58,214 bases of DNA from Oscillospiraceae bacterium (GTDB taxonomy: Bacteria; Bacillota; Clostridia; Oscillospirales; CAG-272): positions 1-58,214 of the forward strand of contig SVSW01000004.1 in assembly GCA_015064095.1 (NCBI GenBank). Direction: 5' to 3'. The notes beneath the pieces are model-generated. The model made no database searches. It was given only the letters and a program-made list of their open reading frames with translations, and was not told the origin of the DNA. Positions 1-9,400 of the stretch are shown piece after piece. Each line of letters opens with the position of its first letter. Positions within the stretch are counted from its first letter, which is position 1. The position numbers and the translations under genes are program-made.

Positions 1-1
1 C

Positions 2-178
2 TCGGGCATACCTGTTGCAACCGTTGCTATCGACGGAGCGAAGAATGCCGCCCTTTTAGCTTTACAGATACTCGCAGTCGAGGACGCAGAGCTTGCGGAC
101 AAGCTCAACGCCGCACGCCGTGCCGACAGCGATGCCGTTCTTGCAAAGGACAAGAAGCTAACGGAGGAGCTTGCATAA
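2..178 (+). CDS. purE: N5-carboxyaminoimidazole ribonucleotide mutase (PurE), C-terminal fragment cut by the window edge
   Basis: Frame-2 translation [58 protein letters not shown] matches the conserved PurE C-terminus (G-x-PVATVAI). It sits directly upstream of the pur genes. Confidence 0.75.
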   Translation, partial: SGIPVATVAIDGAKNAALLALQILAVEDAELADKLNAARRADSDAVLAKDKKLTEELA

Positions 179-179
179 A

Positions 180-1604
180 ATGGGCGGATTTTTCGGAGTT
201 ACATCTCAGCAGGATTGCGTTGCCGATGTCTTTTTCGGAGTGGATTATCACTCACATCTCGGAACGCGCCGCGGAGGAATGGCTGCATATGCGGAAGGAT
301 ACGGCTTTTCAAGAGAAATACACAATATAGAAAACTCCCCGTTTCGCACAAAATTTGCAAATATACTTGAAGAGATGCACGGCAAGTCATGCATCGGCTG
401 CATCAGCGATTCCGATCCTCAGCCGTTACTTATGCGCTCTCGCCACGGATCGTTTGCAATAACCACGGTCGGGTGTGTAAACAACTCGGCAGAACTTGCG
501 CGCGAGGTCGTAGATGGCGGACATTGCTTTGCCGAGATGAGCGGCGGCAGAATAAACGAAACGGAGCTTATAGCCGCAATGATATGCGCACAGGGCTCGA
601 TCGTTGACGGCATCAAATACGTTCAGGATAAGATCGAGGGATCGACCACGATGCTGATACTGATGGACGACGGCTCGCTTATCGCCGCGCGTGATAAGCT
701 CGGTCGCTTGCCCGTTATGATCGCAAAAAGCGAGCAAGGCTACGCTGTGACGCTTGAATCGTTCGCGGCGGAAAAACTCGGATATAAGGTCGAAAGAGGA
801 CTTGGCCCCGGAGAGATCGTAAAGATAACCCCAAATGAGATCGAGATTCTCCGTGAAGCAGGCAAGAAGATGAAGATCTGCGCCTTCCTTTGGACCTATT
901 TCGGATATCCCAACTCGTCGTATGAGGGTGTAAACGTTGAGGTCGCAAGGTGCAGAAACGGAGAGATAATCGCAAGAAAGGACCGCGAGCGCGGAGTTGC
1001 ACAGGATATTGATTCTGTCAGCGGAGTTCCGGATTCCGGAGTGCCTCATGCTATCGGTTATGCAAACGAAAGCAAGGTGCCCTTCACGCGTCCGTTTATA
1101 AAATATACGCCTACGTGGCCGCGCAGCTTTATGCCGCAAAGCCAGATACAGAGAAACCGCATCGCAAAGATGAAGATGATACCTGTTACCGAGATGATAC
1201 ACGATAAAAAGCTGCTTTTTGTCGATGACAGCATCGTTCGCGGAACGCAGCTGCGTTCAACAGTAGATTTCCTGTATAACAACGGTGCGAAGGAAGTACA
1301 TATGCGCTCTGCTTGCCCGCCGATAATGTACGGCTGCAAGTATCTCAATTTCTCGCGCAACACATCGGATATGGATCTGATCGCGCGCCGAACGATCGAT
1401 GAGCTTGAAGGCGAGGAAGGTCAAAAGCACATCGATGAGTATTCGGACGGCGATACCGAGCGCGGCCGCGCAATGCGCAGAGAGATAGCCAAGAAGCTCA
1501 ATTTCTCATCGCTTGAATATCAGTCGGTCGCGGGAGCAATAGAGGCGATCGGAATTGACCCCGAGTGCATCTGCACTTATTGCTGGACGGGAAAAGAAGA
1601 TTAA
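180..1604 (+). CDS. purF: Amidophosphoribosyltransferase (PurF) homologue lacking the N-terminal nucleophile Cys
   Basis: Start ATG 180 lies 10 nt after GGAGGAG (163-169). An in-frame TAA at 159-161 blocks any longer N-terminus. PRTase loop LLFVDDSIVRGTQL is present, as are C-terminal Cys clusters CPPIMYGC and CICTYC. The N-terminus reads MGGFFGV rather than MCG. The gene occupies the operon position of purF. Confidence 0.8.
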   Translation: MGGFFGVTSQQDCVADVFFGVDYHSHLGTRRGGMAAYAEGYGFSREIHNIENSPFRTKFANILEEMHGKSCIGCISDSDPQPLLMRSRHGSFAITTVGCVNNSAELAREVVDGGHCFAEMSGGRINETELIAAMICAQGSIVDGIKYVQDKIEGSTTMLILMDDGSLIAARDKLGRLPVMIAKSEQGYAVTLESFAAEKLGYKVERGLGPGEIVKITPNEIEILREAGKKMKICAFLWTYFGYPNSSYEGVNVEVARCRNGEIIARKDRERGVAQDIDSVSGVPDSGVPHAIGYANESKVPFTRPFIKYTPTWPRSFMPQSQIQRNRIAKMKMIPVTEMIHDKKLLFVDDSIVRGTQLRSTVDFLYNNGAKEVHMRSACPPIMYGCKYLNFSRNTSDMDLIARRTIDELEGEEGQKHIDEYSDGDTERGRAMRREIAKKLNFSSLEYQSVAGAIEAIGIDPECICTYCWTGKED

Positions 1605-1631
1605 AATAACAATTACATAGGAGACAGAAAA

Positions 1632-2669
1632 ATGGAAAAAAGCTACAGTGAAGCATACGCCGCGGCGGGCGTGGATATAACCGCCGGTTACCGCGCAGTT
1701 GAGCTTATGAAGCGCCACGTTGCGCGCACCGTTATCCCCGGAGCCGATACCGATATCGGTGGTTTTGGCGGACTTTTTGTGCCGAACATCGCAGGAATGG
1801 AAGAGCCCGTGCTTGTTTCGGGAACTGACGGCGTCGGAACAAAGCTCAAGCTCGCAATGGTTGCGGACAAGCACGATACCATCGGAATTGACGCGGTTGC
1901 AATGTGCGTAAACGACATTATTTGCAGCGGAGCAAAACCCCTTTTCTTCCTTGACTATATCGCATGCGGAAAGAATTTCCCCGAAAAGATCGCCGAGATC
2001 GTCGGCGGTGTTGCTGAGGGCTGTGTCAGAGCCGGCTGCGCGCTTATCGGCGGCGAGACCGCGGAGCACCCCGGAATGATGCCCGACGAGGAATACGATA
2101 TCGCGGGATTTGCAGTCGGAATTGCCGACCGCAAGAAAATGATAGACAATAAGACGACAAAGCCGGGCGATGTCATTATCGCTCTGCCGTCAACGGGCGT
2201 TCATTCGAACGGATTTTCACTTGTAAGACGTGCGTTTGACGTCGAAAGCCCCGAAATGCTCGTTCCGCAGGAAAAGCTCGGCGGAAAGAGCTTGATGGAG
2301 GCGCTCCTTGAGCCGACAAAGATATATGTAAAGCCGATCCTGGCACTGCTTGAAAAGGTCAGCGTCAAGGGTATTTCTCACATTACGGGCGGCGGCTTTT
2401 ATGAGAACATTCCGAGAAGCTTGCCCGACGGCTGCTGCGCAAAGATAAGAAAGAGCTCGATCAAGATCCCCGCACTCTTTGATTTTATCGCAGAGGCAGG
2501 CAAGGTTTCCGAGCGCGATATGTTCAATACATATAACATGGGCGTCGGCATGAGCGTCACCGTAGCAAAAGAGGACGCAGAGCTTGCCATTGAGATCCTC
2601 CGTGCAAACGGCGAGGACGCATACATTATCGGCGAGATCATCGCCGGAGACGGAATCGAGATAATCTGA
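1632..2669 (+). CDS. purM: Phosphoribosylformylglycinamidine cyclo-ligase (AIR synthetase)
   Basis: 345 aa with GGFGGLF and SGTDGVGTKLKLA motifs. RBS AGGAGA lies upstream. Confidence 0.95.
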   Translation: MEKSYSEAYAAAGVDITAGYRAVELMKRHVARTVIPGADTDIGGFGGLFVPNIAGMEEPVLVSGTDGVGTKLKLAMVADKHDTIGIDAVAMCVNDIICSGAKPLFFLDYIACGKNFPEKIAEIVGGVAEGCVRAGCALIGGETAEHPGMMPDEEYDIAGFAVGIADRKKMIDNKTTKPGDVIIALPSTGVHSNGFSLVRRAFDVESPEMLVPQEKLGGKSLMEALLEPTKIYVKPILALLEKVSVKGISHITGGGFYENIPRSLPDGCCAKIRKSSIKIPALFDFIAEAGKVSERDMFNTYNMGVGMSVTVAKEDAELAIEILRANGEDAYIIGEIIAGDGIEII

Positions 2670-2670
2670 C

Positions 2671-3300
2671 ATGACGGTTGAAAATAAGATCAAAATAGGT
2701 GTTTTCGTTTCGGGCGGCGGAACAAATCTTCAGGCGCTGATCGATGCACAGAGCTGCGGCAAGCTGAAATCCGGAGAGATCGTGCTCGTCGTTTCGAGCA
2801 AGCCCGATGTTTACGCGCTTGAACGCGCGGCAAATGCCGGAATTCCGGCGGCGGTCGCTAACCGAAAGCTGCTCCGAGATCAAAATACTTTTGAGGCAAC
2901 GCTCACCGAGCTGCTTGACGAAAGTCAGGTCGAGGTCATAGTGCTCGCAGGCTTTCTGTCAATTTTAAGCGAGAGCTTTGTCAAAAAATACGAAAAGCGA
3001 ATAATAAACGTCCACCCCTCGCTAATCCCGTCATTTTGCGGTGACGGATTTTACGGCTTGCGCGTGCATGAAGCCGCGCTGGCTCGCGGCGTAAAGGTCA
3101 CGGGAGCGACCGTTCATTTCGTCAACGAGATAACGGACGGTGGCGAGATCATACTCCAAAAAGCGGTTTCGGTGAAAAACGGTGATACGCCGGAAACGCT
3201 CCAGCGCCGCGTTATGGAGGAAGCGGAGTGGAAGATACTCCCTGAGGCAGTAGAGCTTGTCTGCCAAAAAATTGCAAAAAATAAAATCAAAGGAGAATAA
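2671..3300 (+). CDS. purN: Phosphoribosylglycinamide formyltransferase
   Basis: 209 aa with GVFVSGGGTNLQALIDA and NVHPSLIP motifs. It starts 1 nt after the purM stop. Confidence 0.93.
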   Translation: MTVENKIKIGVFVSGGGTNLQALIDAQSCGKLKSGEIVLVVSSKPDVYALERAANAGIPAAVANRKLLRDQNTFEATLTELLDESQVEVIVLAGFLSILSESFVKKYEKRIINVHPSLIPSFCGDGFYGLRVHEAALARGVKVTGATVHFVNEITDGGEIILQKAVSVKNGDTPETLQRRVMEEAEWKILPEAVELVCQKIAKNKIKGE

Positions 3301-3301
3301 A

Positions 3302-4021
3302 ATGAATATTTACAAGAGTTATGATATAGGCTCGCTTCTTCGAAAGAACGAGTATCCCGGCCGCGGAATTATCGTCGGCAAATCAAGAAACGGCAAATAT
3401 GCCGTCACAGCATATTTCATCATGGGCAGAAGCGAGAACAGCCGCAACCGCGTGTTCAATGACTTTGGCGACGAGGTCATGATCCACCCCTTTGATGCAT
3501 CAAAGGTCGAAGATCCCTCGCTCATCATTTATTCTCCCGTAAAGAAGCTCGGCAAAAAGCTGATCGTCACAAACGGCGACCAAACAGAAACGATCTATCA
3601 GGGTCTGCTCGCAGGCAAGAGCTTTGAGGACGCTCTTATGACGCGTGAGTTTGAGCCTGACGCTCCGAATTTCACACCCCGTATCAGCGCAATGCTCGAT
3701 TTTGAGGGGGGATATAAATACAAAATGAGCATTCTTAAGAGTGCCGATGCAGCCGGAACGGCTTGCAACCGTTACACGTATACATACGAGCCCGTTGACG
3801 GTCTCGGACATTTCATTCATACGTATAAGTGCAACGGAAATCCGATCCCGACCTTCCAGGGCGAGCCTGAGCGCGTCAATATTCTCAATAACATCGACGC
3901 TTTCACAAACAAGATCTGGAACAGCCTCAACGCGGACAATAAGATCGCTCTGTTCGTTCGTTACACCTCGCTTGCATCGGGCAGAACAAACACCAGAATT
4001 ATCAACAAATATACAAAATAA
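3302..4021 (+). CDS. purO: IMP cyclohydrolase, archaeal PurO-like family
   Basis: The listed ORF (3257) was trimmed to ATG 3302, which follows AAAGGAGA and lies just after the purN stop. The N-terminus MNIYKSYDIGSLLRKNEYPGRGIIVGKS...YFIMGRSENSRNR resembles PurO-type IMP cyclohydrolases. It is adjacent to an AICARFT-only purH. Confidence 0.75.
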   Translation: MNIYKSYDIGSLLRKNEYPGRGIIVGKSRNGKYAVTAYFIMGRSENSRNRVFNDFGDEVMIHPFDASKVEDPSLIIYSPVKKLGKKLIVTNGDQTETIYQGLLAGKSFEDALMTREFEPDAPNFTPRISAMLDFEGGYKYKMSILKSADAAGTACNRYTYTYEPVDGLGHFIHTYKCNGNPIPTFQGEPERVNILNNIDAFTNKIWNSLNADNKIALFVRYTSLASGRTNTRIINKYTK

Positions 4022-4036
4022 AAGGGAGACTGTGCG

Positions 4037-5221
4037 ATGAAGAATTTTGAGCTTAAATACGGTTGTAACCCCAACCAAAAGCCGTCTAATATATATATGG
4101 CAGACGGTGCGGAGCTTCCGATCGAGATCCTCGGAGGACGCCCGGGATACATAAATTTTCTTGATGCTTTCAACTCTTGGCAGCTTGTTAAGGAGCTCGC
4201 GGAGGCGACCGGTGATGTCGCGGCGACCTCTTTTAAGCACGTCAGCCCCGCGGGCGCGGCTATCGGCAAAAAGCTGACCGATAAAGAAAAGAAATCATGC
4301 TTCGTTGACGATATTGAGGGTCTTGACGATTCGCCCCTCGCTTGCGCATATGCAAGAGCAAGAGGAACGGACCGTATGTCGTCCTTTGGCGATTTTATAG
4401 CCCTTTCGGACGTTTGCGACGCAACGACCGCGAAGATAATCAAGCGCGAGGTTTCCGACGGCGTTATCGCCCCCGGATATACCGATGAGGCACTTGAGAT
4501 CCTCCGTTCCAAGAGAAACGGCAACTACAATATCATTAAGATAGATCCGAATTACGTTCCCGCAGAGCGTGAGCATAAGGAGGTCTTCGGTATTACCTTT
4601 GAGCAGGGAAGAAACAATTTTAAGATCGACCGCGAGCTGCTTGCAAAGCTCGTTACCGAGAATAAGGATCTCACCGACGACGCGGCAAAGGATCTTATCA
4701 TCGCACTTATCACACTTAAATATACGCAGTCAAATTCCGTTTGCTTTGCAAAGAACGGTCAGACAACGGGCGTCGGTGCGGGACAGCAGTCGAGAATCCA
4801 CTGCACACGCCTTGCCGGAAGCAAATCAGATAACTGGTTCCTGCGTCAGTCGGATAAGGTGCTGAATCTGCCCTTCCGTGCAGATCTCGGTCGCCCCGAC
4901 CGCAACAACGTCATCGACATTTATATCTCCGATGACTATGAGGACGTAACGGCAGACGGCAACTGGGAGAAATATTTTGATAAGAAGCCCGAGATATTTA
5001 CACGCGAGGAAAAGAGAGCATATCTCGATACTATTACCGGTGTTGCGCTCGGCTCCGATGCATTCTTCCCGTTCTCCGATAATATCGACAGAGCTAAAAA
5101 GAGTGGCGTAAAGTATATCGCACAGCCCGGCGGCTCGGTGCGTGACGATCTTGTTATCGCAGCGGCAGACGGATACGGAATGGTCATGGCATTCACCGGA
5201 ATGAGACTTTTCCATCATTAA
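4037..5221 (+). CDS. purH: AICAR formyltransferase (PurH AICARFT domain only, no MGS-like IMP cyclohydrolase domain)
   Basis: 394 aa with KYGCNPNQ and AQPGGSVRD motifs typical of the AICARFT domain. The length is too short to include the N-terminal IMPCH domain. Confidence 0.85.
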   Translation: MKNFELKYGCNPNQKPSNIYMADGAELPIEILGGRPGYINFLDAFNSWQLVKELAEATGDVAATSFKHVSPAGAAIGKKLTDKEKKSCFVDDIEGLDDSPLACAYARARGTDRMSSFGDFIALSDVCDATTAKIIKREVSDGVIAPGYTDEALEILRSKRNGNYNIIKIDPNYVPAEREHKEVFGITFEQGRNNFKIDRELLAKLVTENKDLTDDAAKDLIIALITLKYTQSNSVCFAKNGQTTGVGAGQQSRIHCTRLAGSKSDNWFLRQSDKVLNLPFRADLGRPDRNNVIDIYISDDYEDVTADGNWEKYFDKKPEIFTREEKRAYLDTITGVALGSDAFFPFSDNIDRAKKSGVKYIAQPGGSVRDDLVIAAADGYGMVMAFTGMRLFHH

Positions 5222-5225
5222 TGAT

Positions 5226-6482
5226 ATGAAGATAATGGTAATCGGCTCCGGCGGCCGTGAACACGCCGTGATAAAGGCGCTCAGCAAGAGCGAAAATGTC
5301 GATACGATATATGCGCTTCCCGGAAACGGCGGAATCGCAGCAGACGCGATCTGTGTGAATATCGGAGCGACGGATATCGACGGGATCGTCGAATTTGCAA
5401 AAAAGGAGAAGATCGAATATGCGGTCGTCACGCCTGACGATCCGTTGGCGCTCGGCGCAGTTGACAGACTGACAGAGATCGGAGTGCCGTGCTTCGGACC
5501 GACCGCCGCGGCGGCACAGATCGAAGCGAGCAAGGTCTTTTCAAAAAATCTTATGAAAAAATACGGTATCCCGACCGCCGCTTTTGAGGTGTTCGAGGAT
5601 ATTGGAGATGCACTTTCCTATCTTGAAACTGCACCGATCCCGACAGTCATTAAGGCTGACGGTCTTGCACTCGGCAAGGGCGTTATCATCGCTATGACGC
5701 GCGATGAGGCAAAGGACGCCGTGCGATCGATGATGGAGGATAAGATATTCGGCGCATCGGGCAGCCGTGTGGTCATTGAGGAGTTTTTAGAGGGCCCCGA
5801 GGTCTCCGTGCTCGCGTTTACGGACGGCAAGTGCGTCAAGCCGATGGTCTCTTCAATGGATCACAAGCGCGCACTCGACGGAGATCGAGGACTTAACACG
5901 GGCGGAATGGGAACGATAGCTCCCAACCCGTTTTACACCGATGAGATAGCCGAGATCTGCCGAAAGACGATCTTCGAGCCGACGATAGAGGCGATGTGTG
6001 CCGAGGGCAGACCCTTTCGCGGTTGCCTTTACTTCGGGCTTATGATCACAAAGAACGGGCCGAAGGTGATTGAGTATAACTGCCGCTTCGGTGACCCCGA
6101 AACGCAGGTCGTTCTGCCGCTTCTTGAGAGTGATCTTTTCCGTATCATGCAAGCAACAACGAACGGAACGCTCGCCGAAACGGAGGTCAAATTCTCGTCC
6201 GGCGCGGCGGCGTGTGTCGTTTTGGCGTCCGACGGCTACCCCGGTAAGTACGAAAAGGGCTTCCCGATAGATATTCCGCTCGATGTTGAGGCTTATGTCG
6301 CAGGCGCGAAGCTTGAAGACGGAACGCTCGTTACAAACGGTGGGCGTGTGCTTGGCGTTATCGGCAAGGGAGAAACCCTTTCCGAAGCGATTAAAAAGGC
6401 ATATGAGGGTGCAGATCGCATTTCATTTGAAAATAAATACTGCCGTCGAGATATAGGCAAAAAAGCACTTGCGGCGAAATAA
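5226..6482 (+). CDS. purD: Phosphoribosylamine-glycine ligase
   Basis: 418 aa with MKIMVIGSGGREHA, an ATP-grasp core, and EYNCRFGDPE. Confidence 0.95.
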   Translation: MKIMVIGSGGREHAVIKALSKSENVDTIYALPGNGGIAADAICVNIGATDIDGIVEFAKKEKIEYAVVTPDDPLALGAVDRLTEIGVPCFGPTAAAAQIEASKVFSKNLMKKYGIPTAAFEVFEDIGDALSYLETAPIPTVIKADGLALGKGVIIAMTRDEAKDAVRSMMEDKIFGASGSRVVIEEFLEGPEVSVLAFTDGKCVKPMVSSMDHKRALDGDRGLNTGGMGTIAPNPFYTDEIAEICRKTIFEPTIEAMCAEGRPFRGCLYFGLMITKNGPKVIEYNCRFGDPETQVVLPLLESDLFRIMQATTNGTLAETEVKFSSGAAACVVLASDGYPGKYEKGFPIDIPLDVEAYVAGAKLEDGTLVTNGGRVLGVIGKGETLSEAIKKAYEGADRISFENKYCRRDIGKKALAAK

Positions 6483-6496
6483 CAGAGGATTTAGCT

Positions 6497-9400
6497 ATGG
6501 TATTTAGAGTTTATGTTGAAAAGAAAGGCGAGCTTTCGGTTGAGGCAGCGGCGCTGCTTTCCGATCTTCGCAAATTTCTCGGAATAAAGTCGCTTGACGG
6601 ACTTCGTGTGCTCAATCGCTACGACGTTGAAAATATTGACGCATCGCTTTTTGAAAGCACGGTCGGCACGGTATTTTCCGAGCCGCAGATAGATATTGTC
6701 ACTCGTGAGCTTGACGCAAAGAACGGCGACACCGTTTTTGCAGTCGAGTATCTGCCGGGTCAGTTTGACCAGAGAGCAGACAGTGCGGCACAGTGCGTGC
6801 AGATAATTTCGCAGGGTGAGCGCCCCACTGTCAGAACGGCGAAGGTCTATATTCTTTCGGGCAATCTGACGGATGCTGAGATCGCCGCCATAAAGAAATA
6901 TGTAATAAACCCCGTTGAGTGCCGTGAGGCAAGCCTTGCGCTTCCCGAAACACTCGATGTGAAATACGAAATTCCCGAAAGCGTTGCAACGCTTGACGGT
7001 TTTATCTCGCTTGACCGCGAGGCTCTCTCGGCTTTCGTTTCGGGATACGGACTTGCAATGGATACAGACGATCTTGAATTCTGCCGCAAGTATTTTGAGA
7101 AAGAGGGCAGAGACCCCACGATCACGGAAATTCGCATGATCGACACCTATTGGTCGGATCATTGCCGCCATACCACGTTTAATACGATAATCGACAGCGT
7201 TGATCTTACGGATCCAACGATCGCAGCAGCGTACGATGAGTACGTCGATATGCGCGAGTATCTCGGACGTAAAAAGCCGCAAACGCTCATGGATATAGGT
7301 ACACTTGCAGCGAAGTATCTCAAAAAGCAGGGCAAGCTTGCAAAGCTCGACGAATCGGACGAGATCAACGCTTGCACCGTTAAGATCAAGGTGAACGTAA
7401 ACGGCAAGGACGAGGATTGGCTCTTGCTATTTAAGAACGAAACGCACAATCATCCCACGGAGATAGAGCCCTTCGGCGGTGCTGCGACCTGTATCGGCGG
7501 CGCTATACGCGACCCGCTTTCGGGACGTGCATACGTTTATGCCGCAATGCGTCTGACGGGTGCTGCCGACCCCACAAGATCGCTCTCCGAAACTCTTGCG
7601 GGCAAATTGCCGCAGAGAAAGATAGTTACGACCGCCGCGGCAGGTTACAGCTCATACGGAAACCAGATCGGTCTTGCCACGGGTCAGGTCGATGAGATCT
7701 ATCACGACGGGTATGCCGCAAAGCACATGGAGCTTGGCGCAGTTATAGCCGCAACACCTGCCAAAAACGTTCGCCGCGAGTGCCCCGAGGACGGAGATGT
7801 CGTTATACTGCTCGGTGGCCGCACAGGACGCGACGGTATCGGCGGTGCAACGGGTTCGTCGAAATCTCACACCGAGGCATCGCTTGAAAGCTGCGGTGCT
7901 GAGGTACAAAAGGGAAATGCGCCCGAGGAGAGAAAGCTTCAGCGCCTTTTCCGCAATCCCGAGGCACAGTATATGATCAAACGCTGCAACGACTTCGGCG
8001 CAGGCGGTGTTTCCGTTGCTGTCGGAGAGCTTGCGGACGGTCTTTGCATCGATCTTAACGCAGTTCCGAAAAAGTACGAGGGACTTGACGGTACAGAGCT
8101 TGCGATCTCCGAATCGCAGGAAAGAATGGCAGTTGTTATCGAGCCGCATAACGTCGATAAGTTTATCGCGCTTGCGAATGAAGAAAACCTTGAGGCAACG
8201 GTCATTGCGCGCGTCACGGCCGAGCCAAGACTCGTTATGCACTGGAACGGCAAGAAGATAGTCGATATTTCCCGTGAGTTTCTCAACACCGAGGGTGCTG
8301 AGAAGCATATAACGATCAAGCCGGCACCTGCCGCGGATTATGCCAAGACGGTTTCGGGAACGTTCACCGAGGAATATAAAAAGCTCGTCGGCGATCTCAA
8401 TGTATGCTCAAAGCGCGGACTGTCGGAGAGATTTGACTCGACGATCGGCGCGAATACGGTCCTTATGCCTTTCGGCGGAAAGAATCAGCTCACGCCGATA
8501 CAGGCAATGGTTCATAAAATTGCAGTAGAGAAGAACGACACCGATACCTGCTCTTATATGTCTTGGGGATATAACCCAGATATCACGTCGGCAAGCCCGT
8601 ATCACGGAGCATATCTCGCCGTTGTTGAGTCTGCGGCAAAGCTCGTTGCAACCGGTGCTGAGTTCTCCGATGTATATCTCAGCTTGCAGGAATTCTTTGA
8701 GAAGCCCTTGCGCGATCCTGCCCGTTGGGGCAAGCCGTTCTCGGCTGTGCTCGGCGCACTCATGGCACAAAAGGATCTCGGAATTGCCGCGATCGGCGGT
8801 AAGGACTCAATGTCCGGCAGTTTTGAAAAGCTCGATGTTCCGCCCACGGTGGTCAGCTTCGCAGTCACCACGGGTAAGCTTGACGAGGTCATAACAAACG
8901 ACGCAAAGGCGGCAGGACACAAGCTTATTTCTATCTGTCCGAAGTACGAAAACGGACTTCCGGTCGCAAAATCGCTTATTGAAACCTTCGGTAAGGTCAC
9001 GGCTCTTATGAGAGACGGAAAGGTCTATGCCGCATATACACCCACTTGTGGCGGAATCGCCGAGGCGGTCTATAAAATGTGCATAGGCAACGGGCTCGGC
9101 TTTGAGTTTGACCCGTCGATGACTGTCAGCGATATCTTCGGATATGCTTACGGCTCGTTCCTGCTTGAGGTTGATGAAGCAACGGCGGGTCAGACTGTCG
9201 GTCGCTTCACAGCTGACTGGAAGATGACGCTCGGCGGCGAAAGCATTGATTTTGCCGAGCTTAACGAGATATACGAGGGCAAGCTTGAGCGCGTTTACCC
9301 CTGCAATATCGGCGGCAAGGGTGAGGGAATTCCCACCGTTACATATAATAAAGCACCGAGAAAAGCATCTGTTTTTGTGGCGAAGCCGCGCGTGCTGATA

